DNA of 64,000 bases from Sminthopsis crassicaudata (Eukaryota), in contig NC_133618.1 of NCBI RefSeq assembly GCF_048593235.1, positions 498,499,675 to 498,563,674 on the forward strand. Direction: 5' to 3'. This document shows, piece after piece, positions 63,601 to 64,000 of the stretch. The first letter of the stretch is position 1; each line of letters opens with the position of its first letter. The position numbers and the translations under genes were made by a program. Below the pieces are notes generated by a model, which saw only the letters and a list, made by a program, of their open reading frames with translations, did no database searches and was not told where the DNA came from.

Positions 63601-64000
63601 CCTTGGATATGGAAAGATATTAACTGATTTGTTCAGTCACACAGGAAGGGGCAGGGCCAGGATTTGCCCCAGGGTTCTTTGCTCCCAGAGCCAACATCCT
63701 CTCCACTCTACCACACCTTGCAGAGTTGGGGAGATGCCCGTGCTCTAAGGAGCTCATCCTCAGAAGCTTCATTCTGTAGGTAGGTAAACTGAGGCATGGA
63801 ACAGAGAAAACTTTTACCCAGCCCATCAGTGGTGAACTCCTGGCCTGACCTAAGTCTTCTAGCCTCAAGCCATCTTCCTACTGGTGATGATTGGGGCCTA
63901 CCTTCTCATGGGCTGCTTGAGATAGGAAGCAAACTTGTAGAGATCTGTGTCCTCCCCTCCCTGCACGCCTCTGTTTTGCCTTTCTTTGACCTGGGTCCAG

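Overview
Marsupial genomic DNA, probably a dasyurid (CORE-type SINEs, dasyurid-like L1 3' ends, an OC1-like hAT MITE). It is syntenic with human 9q34.11: PTGES2 exon 1 (-), BBLN/C9orf16 (+, both coding exons), CIZ1 (-, complete coding structure) and DNM1 exon 1 (+). Each gene has its own CpG island. All splice junctions were read by hand and are frame-consistent: BBLN = 100 aa; CIZ1 = 15 coding exons, 1923 nt, 640 aa. Main oddities: (1) CIZ1 has a 59-nt micro-exon where eutherians have the large Q-rich exon 8 (second prion-like domain used in Xist/inactive-X assemblies), and it also has a short N-terminal polyQ, no recognisable exon 4 and a rewritten C-terminal tail; (2) BBLN carries an 18-residue CAG-encoded Q/E tract; (3) no LCN2 is visible between PTGES2 and BBLN; (4) BBLN and CIZ1 have back-to-back poly(A) signals; (5) there is a young L1 with a perfect 16-bp TSD and a possible SINE-L1 chimeric insertion. 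There is one 157-N gap (13467-13623). Human comparisons are from recalled sequences and should be confirmed by alignment. Repeat family names and boundaries are approximate.
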